Source: Chlorobiota bacterium
GTDB lineage: Bacteria; Bacteroidota; Ignavibacteria; Kapaibacteriales; NICIL-2
Length of the DNA: 64,000 nucleotides
Assembly: GCA_026416585.1 (NCBI GenBank)
Contig: JAOAEV010000008.1
Span: 65,527 to 129,526, forward strand
Direction: 5' to 3'
Part shown: positions 10,367-19,760 of the stretch, in pieces
Numbering within the stretch: position 1 is the stretch's first letter
How the letters are laid out: each line of letters opens with the position of its first letter
Program-made: the position numbers and the translations under genes
Notes under the pieces: generated by a model
The model's input: only the letters and a program-made list of their open reading frames with translations
Databases searched by the model: none
Told to the model about the DNA's origin: nothing

Positions 10367-12883
10367 TCATCGTCGTTTAGTCGAGCTCTTACGGGTGCGT
10401 GGGGCAAGAGTCGCCTGTGCCAGACATTCTTCCAACGTTGCATGTTCATAGTCGAAACCGTCCGGCAGCCAGTATAAGCGCGAATCAACTTTTAGGTACG
10501 GTTTGGTTTTCCCTTGCATAATCATTGCATTGGGATTTTCCTCGAAGCGCCGAAGAATGCGCTGTTCTGTTTGTCTTTGTTTTGACGATAGCTCGCTGAG
10601 TGCTTCTTCGACTGTGATTGAATCGAGCCTGTCTTTTGGTATCGTCACAAACTTATCACCAATGCGGACATATGGTCCGTACCGACCGATCCCAACTGCC
10701 ACCTCACGCCCATCATCGGTGGTACCGATGGTACGCGGTTGATACATCCTATTATGCCGTTCGCCGCGCTCGTGTTCAGACTGCTGGAGCAGCTCGATTG
10801 CTTCTTCGAGTGTAAGGTAAAGCGGATCACGATCAGGCGGGATGTTGACAAATTGCCGATTTTGGTCGGCTCGCCATTCAATGTATGCTCCGCGTCCCAT
10901 CGCAATACTGACTGTTCCACCGTTATACTCACCGAGCACGCGAGGAAATTGTAGGTAATAGAGAGCCTGCTCAAGCGTGACGTGTTCGAGGAGAATATCC
11001 ACTGGTAGTGATGCAAAGCGATCACCCCGCTGCACATATGGCTGCTTGTTTCGGTTGATACCAACAAAAACATCTTCGCCTGTGCTGGGATCAGTTCCGA
11101 GGTGGCGACGTCCAACTTTTTGTGCCGATTCTCGAACATGTTCGACTTTGGCATGAAATGGCACGTAAAAACTCTCCAGCATACGTTGCCACTGTAGCTC
11201 TCCTCGCGCAATCTGGTCGAACTGCTCCTCAACCTGAGCGGTAAACTGATAATCCATCACGTCGGGAAAATGCTCCGCAAGAAAATCGGTCACAAATACA
11301 CCGACTTGCGTAGGGAAAAGCTTGTTGCGCTCACTGCCGACCGTTTCAGTCTCGGTTACTTGGCTGATGATACCGCCCTCGAGTCGAAGAATATGCACCG
11401 GTCGCTCGGTTCCGCTTTTGGTCCGTCGCTCGACGTAGTCACGCTCTTGGATACGTGCAACAATTGTCGCATACGTCGAAGGACGCCCAATGCCGAGCTC
11501 CTCGAGCTTGCGGACAAGTGTTGCTTCGTTGTACCGAGCTGGCGGTCGGGTAAAAGTTTGTCGCGCTGTGATGAGATCAGCAGATAGATCCTGCCCAACG
11601 CGAAGCAATGGTAGTAATGCAGATTCTGGATCCTCGCTCTCGGTATCATCATCACGCTCGATGGTATAGAGTCGCAAGAATCCATCGAAGGTAACCACTT
11701 CACCTTCGGCGATAAACCGCTGTTCGACGGTCGAGGGTGCAATAGTTGCTATCGTGCGCTCCAACTGAGCATCTTTCATTTGCGACGCCAGTGCTCGCTT
11801 CCAAATCAGCTCGTAGAGGCGTTGTGCCTGTTCGCCAAGCTCAGTGTTGTCAAGTGTCCGACGCGAAAAATCAGTGGGGCGGATTGCTTCGTGCGCTTCC
11901 TGTGCATTCGCAACTTTTGTTTGATACTGTCGGCGTTGATGATACTCTTGCCCATACAACTGGTTGATCACCGCAGCAGCAGCATCGAGCGCTTCTTCAC
12001 TGAGCGTGACTGAGTCGGTACGCATATACGTAATGTAACCCTGCTCGTATAATTGCTGCGCAAGCTGCATTGTTTTGGTGATTGATAGCCCCAGACGGCG
12101 TGCCGATTCTTGCTGCAATGTTGAGGTTGTAAATGGCGCCGGTGGTGATTTTTTGCCTGGCTTCGTTTCGAGAGCGTCAACGGTGTAGCGGGCACCAACA
12201 AGCCGCTCCAGCAACTGTTGAACATGGTCTGCAGCCGCTATGCGCTCGGAAAGCTCGGCTCGAACCAATTCGTCGCCATCGGTGCGAAAGCGCGCCTGAA
12301 CACGGTAGCTCGATTGCGGCACGAATGCCTCGATTTCCCGTTCACGCTCAACAATAAGTCGAACCGCGACCGACTGCACCCGTCCAGCCGAGAGTGCACC
12401 CTTGACCTTTCGCCACAGTAGTGGCGATAACTCATATCCAACCAGGCGATCAAGAATGCGGCGTGCTTGCTGCGCATTGACCAAGTGTTCGTTAATGCCC
12501 CGTGGGTTAGCAAGCGCACGTTCTATTGCCGAACGAGTGATCTCGTGAAAGACAATACGTCTGGTTTTCTGCGGATCAAGCCCAAGTGCCTCCGCTAAAT
12601 GCCATGCAATCGCTTCCCCTTCACGGTCTTCGTCCGTCGCGAGCAACACTGCCGGAGCATCAGATGCAAGCTTGCTAAGACGTTCGATGACTTTCTTCTT
12701 ACCTGGAATGAGGACATAGCGCGGCGTAAACCCATTCTGCACATCCACGGCGTTGTCGTCCTTTTCTGGCAGATCGCGAACGTGTCCCTGTGACGACTCG
12801 ACAACGAAGCGATCACCAAGGAATCGGGAGATTGTTCGCGCCTTGGTTGGTGATTCGACAATGAGCAAATCGCGTCCTGACAT
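10367..12883 (-). CDS. topA: DNA topoisomerase I
   Basis: 838 aa. TOPRIM N-terminus (LLIVESPTKA), active-site region, and C-terminal repeated topo-I DNA-binding repeats. Confidence 0.95.
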   Translation of the reverse strand: MSGRDLLIVESPTKARTISRFLGDRFVVESSQGHVRDLPEKDDNAVDVQNGFTPRYVLIPGKKKVIERLSKLASDAPAVLLATDEDREGEAIAWHLAEALGLDPQKTRRIVFHEITRSAIERALANPRGINEHLVNAQQARRILDRLVGYELSPLLWRKVKGALSAGRVQSVAVRLIVEREREIEAFVPQSSYRVQARFRTDGDELVRAELSERIAAADHVQQLLERLVGARYTVDALETKPGKKSPPAPFTTSTLQQESARRLGLSITKTMQLAQQLYEQGYITYMRTDSVTLSEEALDAAAAVINQLYGQEYHQRRQYQTKVANAQEAHEAIRPTDFSRRTLDNTELGEQAQRLYELIWKRALASQMKDAQLERTIATIAPSTVEQRFIAEGEVVTFDGFLRLYTIERDDDTESEDPESALLPLLRVGQDLSADLITARQTFTRPPARYNEATLVRKLEELGIGRPSTYATIVARIQERDYVERRTKSGTERPVHILRLEGGIISQVTETETVGSERNKLFPTQVGVFVTDFLAEHFPDVMDYQFTAQVEEQFDQIARGELQWQRMLESFYVPFHAKVEHVRESAQKVGRRHLGTDPSTGEDVFVGINRNKQPYVQRGDRFASLPVDILLEHVTLEQALYYLQFPRVLGEYNGGTVSIAMGRGAYIEWRADQNRQFVNIPPDRDPLYLTLEEAIELLQQSEHERGERHNRMYQPRTIGTTDDGREVAVGIGRYGPYVRIGDKFVTIPKDRLDSITVEEALSELSSKQRQTEQRILRRFEENPNAMIMQGKTKPYLKVDSRLYWLPDGFDYEHATLEECLAQATLAPRTRKSSTKRR

Positions 12884-12892
12884 GAGCTACGA

Positions 12893-13390
12893 CTACGGCT
12901 GGGAAATGGTGGTAGAATATTCATTTTGGCGGCGGAAACGGCAATCGTCGCCGTACATGCATGACGCGAATATCTGGAGAGAGTGACTCACTGCGCGCAT
13001 ACCGTAGCGACGAGCAATTTCATCTTGGAGAGTCAATAGTGCTCCTTCTTGAAACTCGATCACGTGTCCACAGTCTCTACAGATGAGATGATCGTGATTC
13101 GGCTTTCGTGCACTGAGTTCATAGGTAGCACTATCCCCCTGGAAACGATGCTTGACCAATATGTTGCAGCGCGTCAGCAGGTCAAGCGTTGAATAAACCG
13201 TTGCCCGTGAGATTTTATCGCCATTGGTATTCATGTGCACGTAGAGCTCGTCGGCTGTGAAATGCCGATCCAGTTCAGCAGCACGCTCGAGAACACGGAA
13301 CCGTTCTTGCGTATTCCGGTACATTTTTGTCCGCAGAAAGCTGCGGAATTGTTCGCGAAGTTTTTCGAGGTCTATATCGCGCTGTTTCAT
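12893..13390 (-). CDS. Fur-family transcriptional regulator (Fur/Zur/PerR)
   Basis: 165 aa. HHDH..C..C metal-site motifs (HDHLICRDCGHVIEF) and a winged-helix N-terminal half. Confidence 0.85.
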   Translation of the reverse strand: MKQRDIDLEKLREQFRSFLRTKMYRNTQERFRVLERAAELDRHFTADELYVHMNTNGDKISRATVYSTLDLLTRCNILVKHRFQGDSATYELSARKPNHDHLICRDCGHVIEFQEGALLTLQDEIARRYGMRAVSHSLQIFASCMYGDDCRFRRQNEYSTTISQP

Positions 13391-13465
13391 CCTCGATTCT
13401 GTCTGTGTTCAAGCGAATATACAAATGCTCAGCAGCCGCGCACCAAGGAGGACTAATTTCGCGCC

Positions 13466-13774
13466 ATGCCCGATACAACATTCTCGAGGCGATTGTATCG
13501 CCATCCTGGATTCTGGTTCATTATTGCTACAACAGTTGTGGCAGGATGGCTCGTTTTTTCGCGATATGGTGTCCTGACACGATTATCGTTGGAAGAAACC
13601 AATGCACAATTGGACCACGATATCACCGGAGAGCGTCAGCAACTCGACTCGCTCCGCCGATGGCGCGAGCGTTTAGTGCATGATACTCTGCTTATCGAGC
13701 GACTGGCACGTGAACGCTATGGCATGATCAAACCAGGCGAAGTAGTGCTTATCGTTGCCGATTCATCACGGTAG
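13466..13774 (+). CDS. septum formation initiator family protein (FtsB/DivIC-like)
   Basis: 102 aa. One TM helix, a coiled-coil, and the C-terminal ERxARExxGMxxPGE motif. Confidence 0.75.
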   Translation: MPDTTFSRRLYRHPGFWFIIATTVVAGWLVFSRYGVLTRLSLEETNAQLDHDITGERQQLDSLRRWRERLVHDTLLIERLARERYGMIKPGEVVLIVADSSR

Positions 13775-13806
13775 TGATTGTCCAACACTCTAAGAAGAAC
13801 CAAACC

Positions 13807-14187
13807 ATGAAAGAAGCACCCACACTGCACGCTGCACCAATGCCAATCGGACCGTACTCGCCAGTGGTGCGTACAAGCGGCGATCTATATTTTTTCTCTG
13901 GGCAGATTGCTCTTTCCGCTGATGCCACGGAGATTGTCGGCTCAACTGCTGCCGAGCAGACTGAACGAATATGTACCACGCTTGTAGCAATGCTCAAGGA
14001 GCTGGGGCTTAGTATAGACAATGTCGTCAAGACAACGGTCTTCCTGCGATCTATGGACGATTTCGCTTCAATGAATGCCGTATATGAGCGCTACTTCGGT
14101 ACTTCGAAGCCAGCACGTTCAACCGTCGAAGTTTCGCGTCTTCCCAAAGGTGCTCTCGTTGAAATCGAAATTATTGCTGTTCGTTAG
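13807..14187 (+). CDS. ridA: RidA/YjgF-family reactive-intermediate deaminase
   Basis: About 126 aa from the internal Met (MKEAPTL...). It has the RidA motifs (PIGPYSP, FFSGQIAL, STVEVSRLPKGALVEIE). The ORF track shows an upstream in-frame Met at 13774 that I consider unlikely. Confidence 0.85.
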   Translation: MKEAPTLHAAPMPIGPYSPVVRTSGDLYFFSGQIALSADATEIVGSTAAEQTERICTTLVAMLKELGLSIDNVVKTTVFLRSMDDFASMNAVYERYFGTSKPARSTVEVSRLPKGALVEIEIIAVR

Positions 14188-14635
14188 TCTCGTCGCTCTT
14201 GCCCGCGGAGCAGAACTTGATAGTGTTGCGCGCTCGGTAGATTCTGTGACACCGCTCGGCGCTCTGTGGCGCTCGCTTATCGTACCAGGCTGGGGACAAC
14301 TCTATTACGGTTCGGTACCGAAAGCAGTGCTCTTTTTCGGCGCGAACCTAACAATTGCGGGAATCGTCGTATGGAACAATTCGCGATTTCTCGATGCCGA
14401 TAGACGCTACCAGCAATACGACCCCAACGATGGACGCAAGCAACTGGCACTCCGCGAACGAGAGTTCTACCGTGACCAGCGTGATGTAGCAGCATTATGG
14501 CTTGTAGCTGTGTACGCGTTCAATGCAATGGATGCCTACGTCGGAGGACACATGGCATCATTCACACTGGGCGATCGTACTCAGCTTCGGTTGGTACTGG
14601 TGGGCAATCGTATCGGCACTGAACTTCGATGGTAG
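14150..14635 (+). CDS. hypothetical secreted/membrane protein (PGWGQLYYG motif)
   Basis: The ORF overlaps the ridA 3' end. It likely starts at GTG 14150 or TTG 14159, giving the signal-peptide-like M/LSLKSKLLLFVSLVALARG, with AAGG just upstream. There is one more TM helix. No ATG start is available without a >100-bp overlap. Confidence 0.45.
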   Translation: MLSLKSKLLLFVSLVALARGAELDSVARSVDSVTPLGALWRSLIVPGWGQLYYGSVPKAVLFFGANLTIAGIVVWNNSRFLDADRRYQQYDPNDGRKQLALREREFYRDQRDVAALWLVAVYAFNAMDAYVGGHMASFTLGDRTQLRLVLVGNRIGTELRW

Positions 14636-14641
14636 AGACTT

Positions 14642-16177
14642 TTGGCAAAGAACCTCGCCGTAAGTTTGCACATCGCGTTTCACTATTGCATGCATCCAAT
14701 GAATGTCCGCTTTCGAGTTTCGTCCCCAGGGCAGGTACGCACCGACGCAATAGTCTTCTTTCTTCCTGAAGAAGAGCCATTCCGCTCAGCACAGATTGGG
14801 CATATTGTTCAAATATTCCCTGCCGTTGAGGCGGCACTCCGATCAGGCGAGGCCAGCGGCAAACAGAACTCGATAGTTGTCGCATATTCGCCCGAACGCA
14901 CCGGCACTCGTAAAGTTATCGTCGTTGGTATCGGCAAGAATGCAAACATCACCGCCGAAACTTTTCGGCGTGCGGCATCAACCGCTGTGCGACGCCTTAA
15001 CAACGGCGTTAGCTCGTGTGCTTTCGTACTGCCGGACGATTCACATTCACCCGTCGCAGGTAGCGACATCGCATTCGCAGTCGTCGAGGGTGCAGTATTA
15101 GGCAGTTACAAATTCACGCAGTATAAAACAACCGACGTTTCATCCGGTATTAAGGAATTCGTTGTTGTCAGCAGTTCTCGTTCTGCAGCAATCGCTAAGG
15201 CTGTCGAACATGCTGCCAGTGTTTGTGAGGGGGTATATGTAGCACGGGACCTGGCAAACATGCCAGGCAATGATCTTTACCCCGAAACACTCGCCGCACA
15301 TGCCAAACAAGCAGGAAAGAAAGCTGGTTTTCGCGTGCAAGTACTCGACAAACGCAAAATCGAGCAGCTCGGTATGGGTGGCTTATTAGCAGTCAATCAA
15401 GGCAGCGTCAGGCCGCCGGTCTTTATCATCATGGAGTGGCGTGGCGGGAATGCAAAAGAGCCTCCAATTGTGCTTGTCGGCAAGGGTATTACCTTCGACA
15501 CTGGCGGCATTTCGATAAAACCAGCGGAGCGCATGGGCGAAATGAAAATGGATATGCACGGTGCTGCTACTGTCATTGGAACCCTCTATGCCGTAGCCAA
15601 ACTGAAGCTGCCGATCAACGTCGTTGGACTTGTCCCGTCAACCGAGAATATGCCCAGTGGCAGTGCCTACCGTCCAGGCGATGTTATTCGCTTCATGAAC
15701 GGCAAGACTGCCGAAATAGATAATACCGATGCCGAAGGACGGTTGATATTAGCTGATGCACTCACCTACGCTGAACGGTACAATCCGCGTGCAGTTATCG
15801 ATATCGCTACACTTACTGGTGCGTGCGTAATCGCACTCGGTCACATAACGACTGGACTGATGGGCACCGATCGTGATCTGATTGCACGCATTATTGCAGC
15901 TGCCGAACGCACAAGCGAATACGTCTGCGAACTCCCGCTCCATGACGAATATCTCGAGCAGATCAAAAGCGACATTGCTGATGTGAAAAACACTGGCGGA
16001 CGCCCAGCTGGAGCAATCACAGCAGCGCTGTTTTTGAAGCACTTTATTGGCAACTACCCATGGGCACACCTCGATATCGCCGGTACTGGTATGGCACCGA
16101 AAGAAGGTGCCTACACCCCAAAAGGTGCCACGGGCGTTGGTGTGCGGCTATTTGTGGATATGTTGCGCAATTGGTAA
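14642..16177 (+). CDS. pepA: leucyl aminopeptidase (M17 family)
   Basis: 511 aa. M17 catalytic motif NTDAEGRL and metal ligands. The start may be the internal Met at 14699 (MNVRF...). Confidence 0.9.
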   Translation: MAKNLAVSLHIAFHYCMHPMNVRFRVSSPGQVRTDAIVFFLPEEEPFRSAQIGHIVQIFPAVEAALRSGEASGKQNSIVVAYSPERTGTRKVIVVGIGKNANITAETFRRAASTAVRRLNNGVSSCAFVLPDDSHSPVAGSDIAFAVVEGAVLGSYKFTQYKTTDVSSGIKEFVVVSSSRSAAIAKAVEHAASVCEGVYVARDLANMPGNDLYPETLAAHAKQAGKKAGFRVQVLDKRKIEQLGMGGLLAVNQGSVRPPVFIIMEWRGGNAKEPPIVLVGKGITFDTGGISIKPAERMGEMKMDMHGAATVIGTLYAVAKLKLPINVVGLVPSTENMPSGSAYRPGDVIRFMNGKTAEIDNTDAEGRLILADALTYAERYNPRAVIDIATLTGACVIALGHITTGLMGTDRDLIARIIAAAERTSEYVCELPLHDEYLEQIKSDIADVKNTGGRPAGAITAALFLKHFIGNYPWAHLDIAGTGMAPKEGAYTPKGATGVGVRLFVDMLRNW

Positions 16178-16213
16178 ACTGCGTGATCGGTTTCACCGCT
16201 CCGCGGTAATCGC

Positions 16214-18724
16214 ATGCCGCGCTATGTCAACGTTGCTATCCCCCTACCGATGCGGAAGCTGTTTACCTATCAGCTCCCAGACGACGTATCGCCGCAGCGG
16301 GGGAGTCGAGCAATCGTGCCCTTCGGCAACAAGTTTCTGACGGGCATCATCGTCGAGCTGGATGTTGCACCACATCCAGATGCTAAGCCTATTGAAGAAC
16401 TGCTCGACGATGCACCAGCAATCATTCCGTCCGTTTTGGATCTGACTCGCTGGATGGCAGATTACTACTTCTGCTCCTGGGGCGAAGCGCTCGCTGCTGC
16501 ATTCCCACGTGAATTAGCGCCGCAGTCGGTTGTCCGCATTCGGCTCCGCCGTATCCCAGAAAGTGACGAGCTTGCCCAGCTTGAGCGCCGAGCACCCAAA
16601 CGAGCGCGGCTGCTGGCTCTCTTAACTCAGCATACACAGCCAGTAACAATCGGTTACTTGCAGCAGCAACTGCAGACCGACAGCATCACTGCACAAATCG
16701 AAGCACTCGAGAATGCCGGCTACATTGAACTGTTCCACTCTATCGAAGGCGAGACAACTCCGAAAACTGAGCGGTGTATTGTTCCAGATTCACTCATTGC
16801 AGCAGACACAGCGCAGCTTGAACATGTTCTGGAAGAATTAGAGCGACGCGCCCCCAAACAGGCACAGATTCTCGCAGCAGTAGTCGAATCCTTTGCAACC
16901 GAACGCAGGCCATTCCCTCGACGCGAGTTGATGGAAAAATTTGGTGCAAGTGACGGTGTCCTTTCAGCGCTTGTTACCAAAGGGTATCTGCACGAAGTCG
17001 CCATCGAGCGAAGTCGCGTCGAAAGAAGCAGCGAGCATATTCTTGCACCTGACCGCAACGAGCTCGAGCTGCCACTCACTGATGAGCAAGCGCACGCTGT
17101 CTTGCGTATTACTGAAGCAATTGCGACTGACCGCGCCAAGACATTCCTTCTACACGGTGTAACTGGCAGCGGAAAAACTCTCGTGTACATGCATGTCGTT
17201 TCTGCCGCACTCCAAGCGGGAAAAAGTGCACTTGTTTTGGTACCGGAGATTTCGCTGACACCGCAACTGATAGATCGTTTCGGACGCGTCTTCGGTAGCG
17301 GTGTGGCTGCCTTTCACAGCCGTATGAGTGCTGGAGAGCGCTACGACGCTTGGCGGGCAATTCGTCGCGGCCAGGTACGCGTTGTGCTCGGTCCGCGTAG
17401 CGCACTATTCGCACCACTGGAGAATCTCGGCATCATAATCGTTGACGAAGAGCACGAGTCAAGCTACAAGCAAGAATCGCCGCCACCGCGTTACAACGGC
17501 CGTGATACAGCGGTTATGCGCGGTTATCTCGAACGCGCCATTGTCGTGCTTGGTTCTGCAACCCCATCGCTGGAGAGTATGTACAATGCTGCCACTGGTC
17601 GCTACCATTTACTCGAATTGACAACACGTGCTGATGGTGCAACGTTGCCAACCATACGCGTCGTGGACATTCTCGAGGAGCGAAAAAACGGCAGAATGCA
17701 CGGACGATTTTCGGAAATATTGCTCGAAGCAATCAGGGCGCGTATCGAGCGGAAAGAAGGTATTATTCTCCTGCAAAACCGACGTGGATTTGCTTTGCGC
17801 CTTGAATGTCCAGAATGTGGACACGTACCGCAGTGTAGTCAATGCAATGTTGCTTTGACCTATCACAAACGCACTCATCAACTGCGGTGTCATTATTGCG
17901 GTCGTGCGTACCCTGTCTCACCGCATTGTCCTGTTTGCGGCAATCCACATCTCGATGCAGTTGGTGCTGGCACTCAACGCATTGAGGAGGAATTAGATGC
18001 TTTGCTGAAACAGAATTCACTGCAGGCAGTTATTGCACGAGTAGATACCGATGCAACAACGGCGAAAGGATCGCTCCGCCGCATTCTCCACGAGTTCGCC
18101 GGTGGTCGCATTGACATTCTTGTCGGTACACAAATGATCGCAAAAGGTCTCGATATTGGACGCGTCACACTTGTTGGTGTCATCAATGCCGATATGCAAC
18201 TATACATTCCCGATTTCCGCGCATCAGAGCGGACATTCCAGCTTCTTGTTCAAGTTGCTGGGCGCGCCGGGCGCCGCGCTGACCGCACTGGTGAAGTCAT
18301 CATTCAAACGGCACATCCCAAGCATACAGCGATCACGTGTGCACGACTGTATCGGTACGATCTATTTTACAACGATGAGCTTCAGGAACGGCGTGAAGCA
18401 CACTATCCACCGTTTTCACGTCTTGTTCTTGTGGAGTTTTCCGGTAGCGATGCCACAGTGGTCGAACGGCATGCGCATACATTTGCACACTACATGCCAC
18501 GTGGTGTAGAGGCGCTTACCACGCTCGGACCAGCACGTCCAAGTGTCGATCGTATCCAAGGCAAATACCGACGCATCGTACTCGTCAAAGGTGATCGCCA
18601 GCTCGATCCCAATGGCGTCGAACTACGGCGAGCGCTTCTGAGTGCATGGTCAGCATACAACGAACACCATGCATCATCGTCGGTTCGGTTGAGCATTGAT
18701 ATTGACACACAATCATCGCTATAA
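16214..18724 (+). CDS. priA: primosomal protein N' (replication restart helicase PriA)
   Basis: 836 aa. Walker A GVTGSGKT, DEEH box, a Cys-rich zinc-binding insertion (CPxCG...CxxC...CxxCG), and helicase C-terminal motifs. Confidence 0.92.
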   Translation: MPRYVNVAIPLPMRKLFTYQLPDDVSPQRGSRAIVPFGNKFLTGIIVELDVAPHPDAKPIEELLDDAPAIIPSVLDLTRWMADYYFCSWGEALAAAFPRELAPQSVVRIRLRRIPESDELAQLERRAPKRARLLALLTQHTQPVTIGYLQQQLQTDSITAQIEALENAGYIELFHSIEGETTPKTERCIVPDSLIAADTAQLEHVLEELERRAPKQAQILAAVVESFATERRPFPRRELMEKFGASDGVLSALVTKGYLHEVAIERSRVERSSEHILAPDRNELELPLTDEQAHAVLRITEAIATDRAKTFLLHGVTGSGKTLVYMHVVSAALQAGKSALVLVPEISLTPQLIDRFGRVFGSGVAAFHSRMSAGERYDAWRAIRRGQVRVVLGPRSALFAPLENLGIIIVDEEHESSYKQESPPPRYNGRDTAVMRGYLERAIVVLGSATPSLESMYNAATGRYHLLELTTRADGATLPTIRVVDILEERKNGRMHGRFSEILLEAIRARIERKEGIILLQNRRGFALRLECPECGHVPQCSQCNVALTYHKRTHQLRCHYCGRAYPVSPHCPVCGNPHLDAVGAGTQRIEEELDALLKQNSLQAVIARVDTDATTAKGSLRRILHEFAGGRIDILVGTQMIAKGLDIGRVTLVGVINADMQLYIPDFRASERTFQLLVQVAGRAGRRADRTGEVIIQTAHPKHTAITCARLYRYDLFYNDELQERREAHYPPFSRLVLVEFSGSDATVVERHAHTFAHYMPRGVEALTTLGPARPSVDRIQGKYRRIVLVKGDRQLDPNGVELRRALLSAWSAYNEHHASSSVRLSIDIDTQSSL

Positions 18725-18725
18725 T

Positions 18726-19586
18726 ATGGGCAAAATCGCAGCGTGGATCCTTGCACTAATGATTGGATGGGCAATCAGCGGGTGTGATGTTATTTCTCCA
18801 CCGTATACGAAAAGCAACCAGCGCGACACGACCACAAAAGACACCGGCATGGTGCTCTATCGCAAGGTACTGGTCGAGGAATTTACTGGTGCTCAATGCA
18901 CCAACTGTCCGCTCGGGCATCGCAAGCTTGCTGACTTAGGACAGGTATTTGGCGATAGTATCGTCGTTGTGTCCATTCATGCGGGAGAGTTTGCACGCCC
19001 GGATCTACGAAAAGGCTATACGGCTGACTTTCGCACGCCTGAAGGCGAGGAGCTCAACACACGTTTTCGCGTGTTTGCCTATCCGGCAGCAGTCATTGAT
19101 CGGACACAGTTCGGCGGTACATCCTATGTCGTCGGTGTCCAAAACTGGGGATCGGCAATCGCAACAGAACTCCGCACAACGACCCCCGTAGCAATTCACG
19201 CCAGTGCATTTTGCGACACAACCCGCGGTGAGCTGAGCATAAGCGTGCAACTCCGCAGCATTGCTGATGTGTTATACCCACTCAACATTGGCTATTACAT
19301 TCTCGAGGATAGCCTCGTTGCACCACAATTGGATAACGGTGTTTTTATCCCTGAGTATGTTCATCGGCATGTATTGCGTGCAGCACCTCTCGGCGCATAC
19401 GGGGAACCGTTGATTTCCAGCACCACACCTGCGGGAACAACGTTTGAACGAACCTATCTCTACAACCTAAGCAGCAGCGATTGGAACCGTCGTCGGTTAG
19501 AGGCTGTTGTATTTATCGTACGACCGGAGCCGAACTATACAGTTGTTCAATGCACCAAAGTAAATGTTGCAGTTGTATCAAAATAG
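18726..19586 (+). CDS. Omp28-related outer-membrane lipoprotein (thioredoxin-like fold)
   Basis: Lipoprotein signal (LMIGWAISGCD) followed by VLVEEFTGAQCTNCP, resembling the Omp28-family thioredoxin-like motif found in Bacteroidetes. The start was chosen at the Met just after the priA stop. Confidence 0.55.
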   Translation: MGKIAAWILALMIGWAISGCDVISPPYTKSNQRDTTTKDTGMVLYRKVLVEEFTGAQCTNCPLGHRKLADLGQVFGDSIVVVSIHAGEFARPDLRKGYTADFRTPEGEELNTRFRVFAYPAAVIDRTQFGGTSYVVGVQNWGSAIATELRTTTPVAIHASAFCDTTRGELSISVQLRSIADVLYPLNIGYYILEDSLVAPQLDNGVFIPEYVHRHVLRAAPLGAYGEPLISSTTPAGTTFERTYLYNLSSSDWNRRRLEAVVFIVRPEPNYTVVQCTKVNVAVVSK

Positions 19587-19613
19587 TGTGGTGTTGCATT
19601 TTTGTGGTACTAT

Positions 19614-19697
19614 GGAGGGTTCGCCTAATTGGTATGGCAGCGGTCTTGAAAACCGCCGGGCGATGAGCCTGTGGGGGTTCGAGTCCCCCACCCTCCG
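19614..19697 (+). tRNA. tRNA-Ser (anticodon TGA)
   Basis: Folded by hand. 7-bp acceptor stem GGAGGGT/ACCCTCC, a 3-bp D stem, anticodon stem GCGGT/ACCGC with loop CTTGAAA (anticodon UGA), a 16-nt variable arm, T arm GGGGG-TTCGAGT-CCCCC, discriminator G. CCA is not encoded. Confidence 0.85.
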
Positions 19698-19760
19698 CTG
19701 GACAAGCCTACCCCGATGGGAGACTTGCTATTGGTGTTTCACTATTTTCCCGGTGCCCCA

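Noticed and set aside
10645-11232. 195-aa ORF antisense to topA, with similar long ORFs at 30718..31326, 39763..40557, 58304..58864, 52653..53099 and 54475..54978
   Set aside because: They lie entirely inside well-supported genes on the opposite strand. They have biased low-complexity composition (Ser/Arg/Ala-rich) typical of shadow ORFs in GC-rich coding DNA and show no domain motifs.
13391-13465. Fur box in the fur-ftsB divergent intergenic region
   Set aside because: No credible match to the 19-bp Fur consensus. Only a weak AT-rich segment (GAATATACAAATG) was found.
19614-19697. Possibility that the tRNA is tRNA-Sec (selenocysteine)
   Set aside because: The anticodon loop is CTTGAAA, giving anticodon UGA (reads UCA, Ser). 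tRNA-Sec needs UCA. The acceptor stem is 7 bp, not 8 or 9. No selA/selB/selD genes are in the window.
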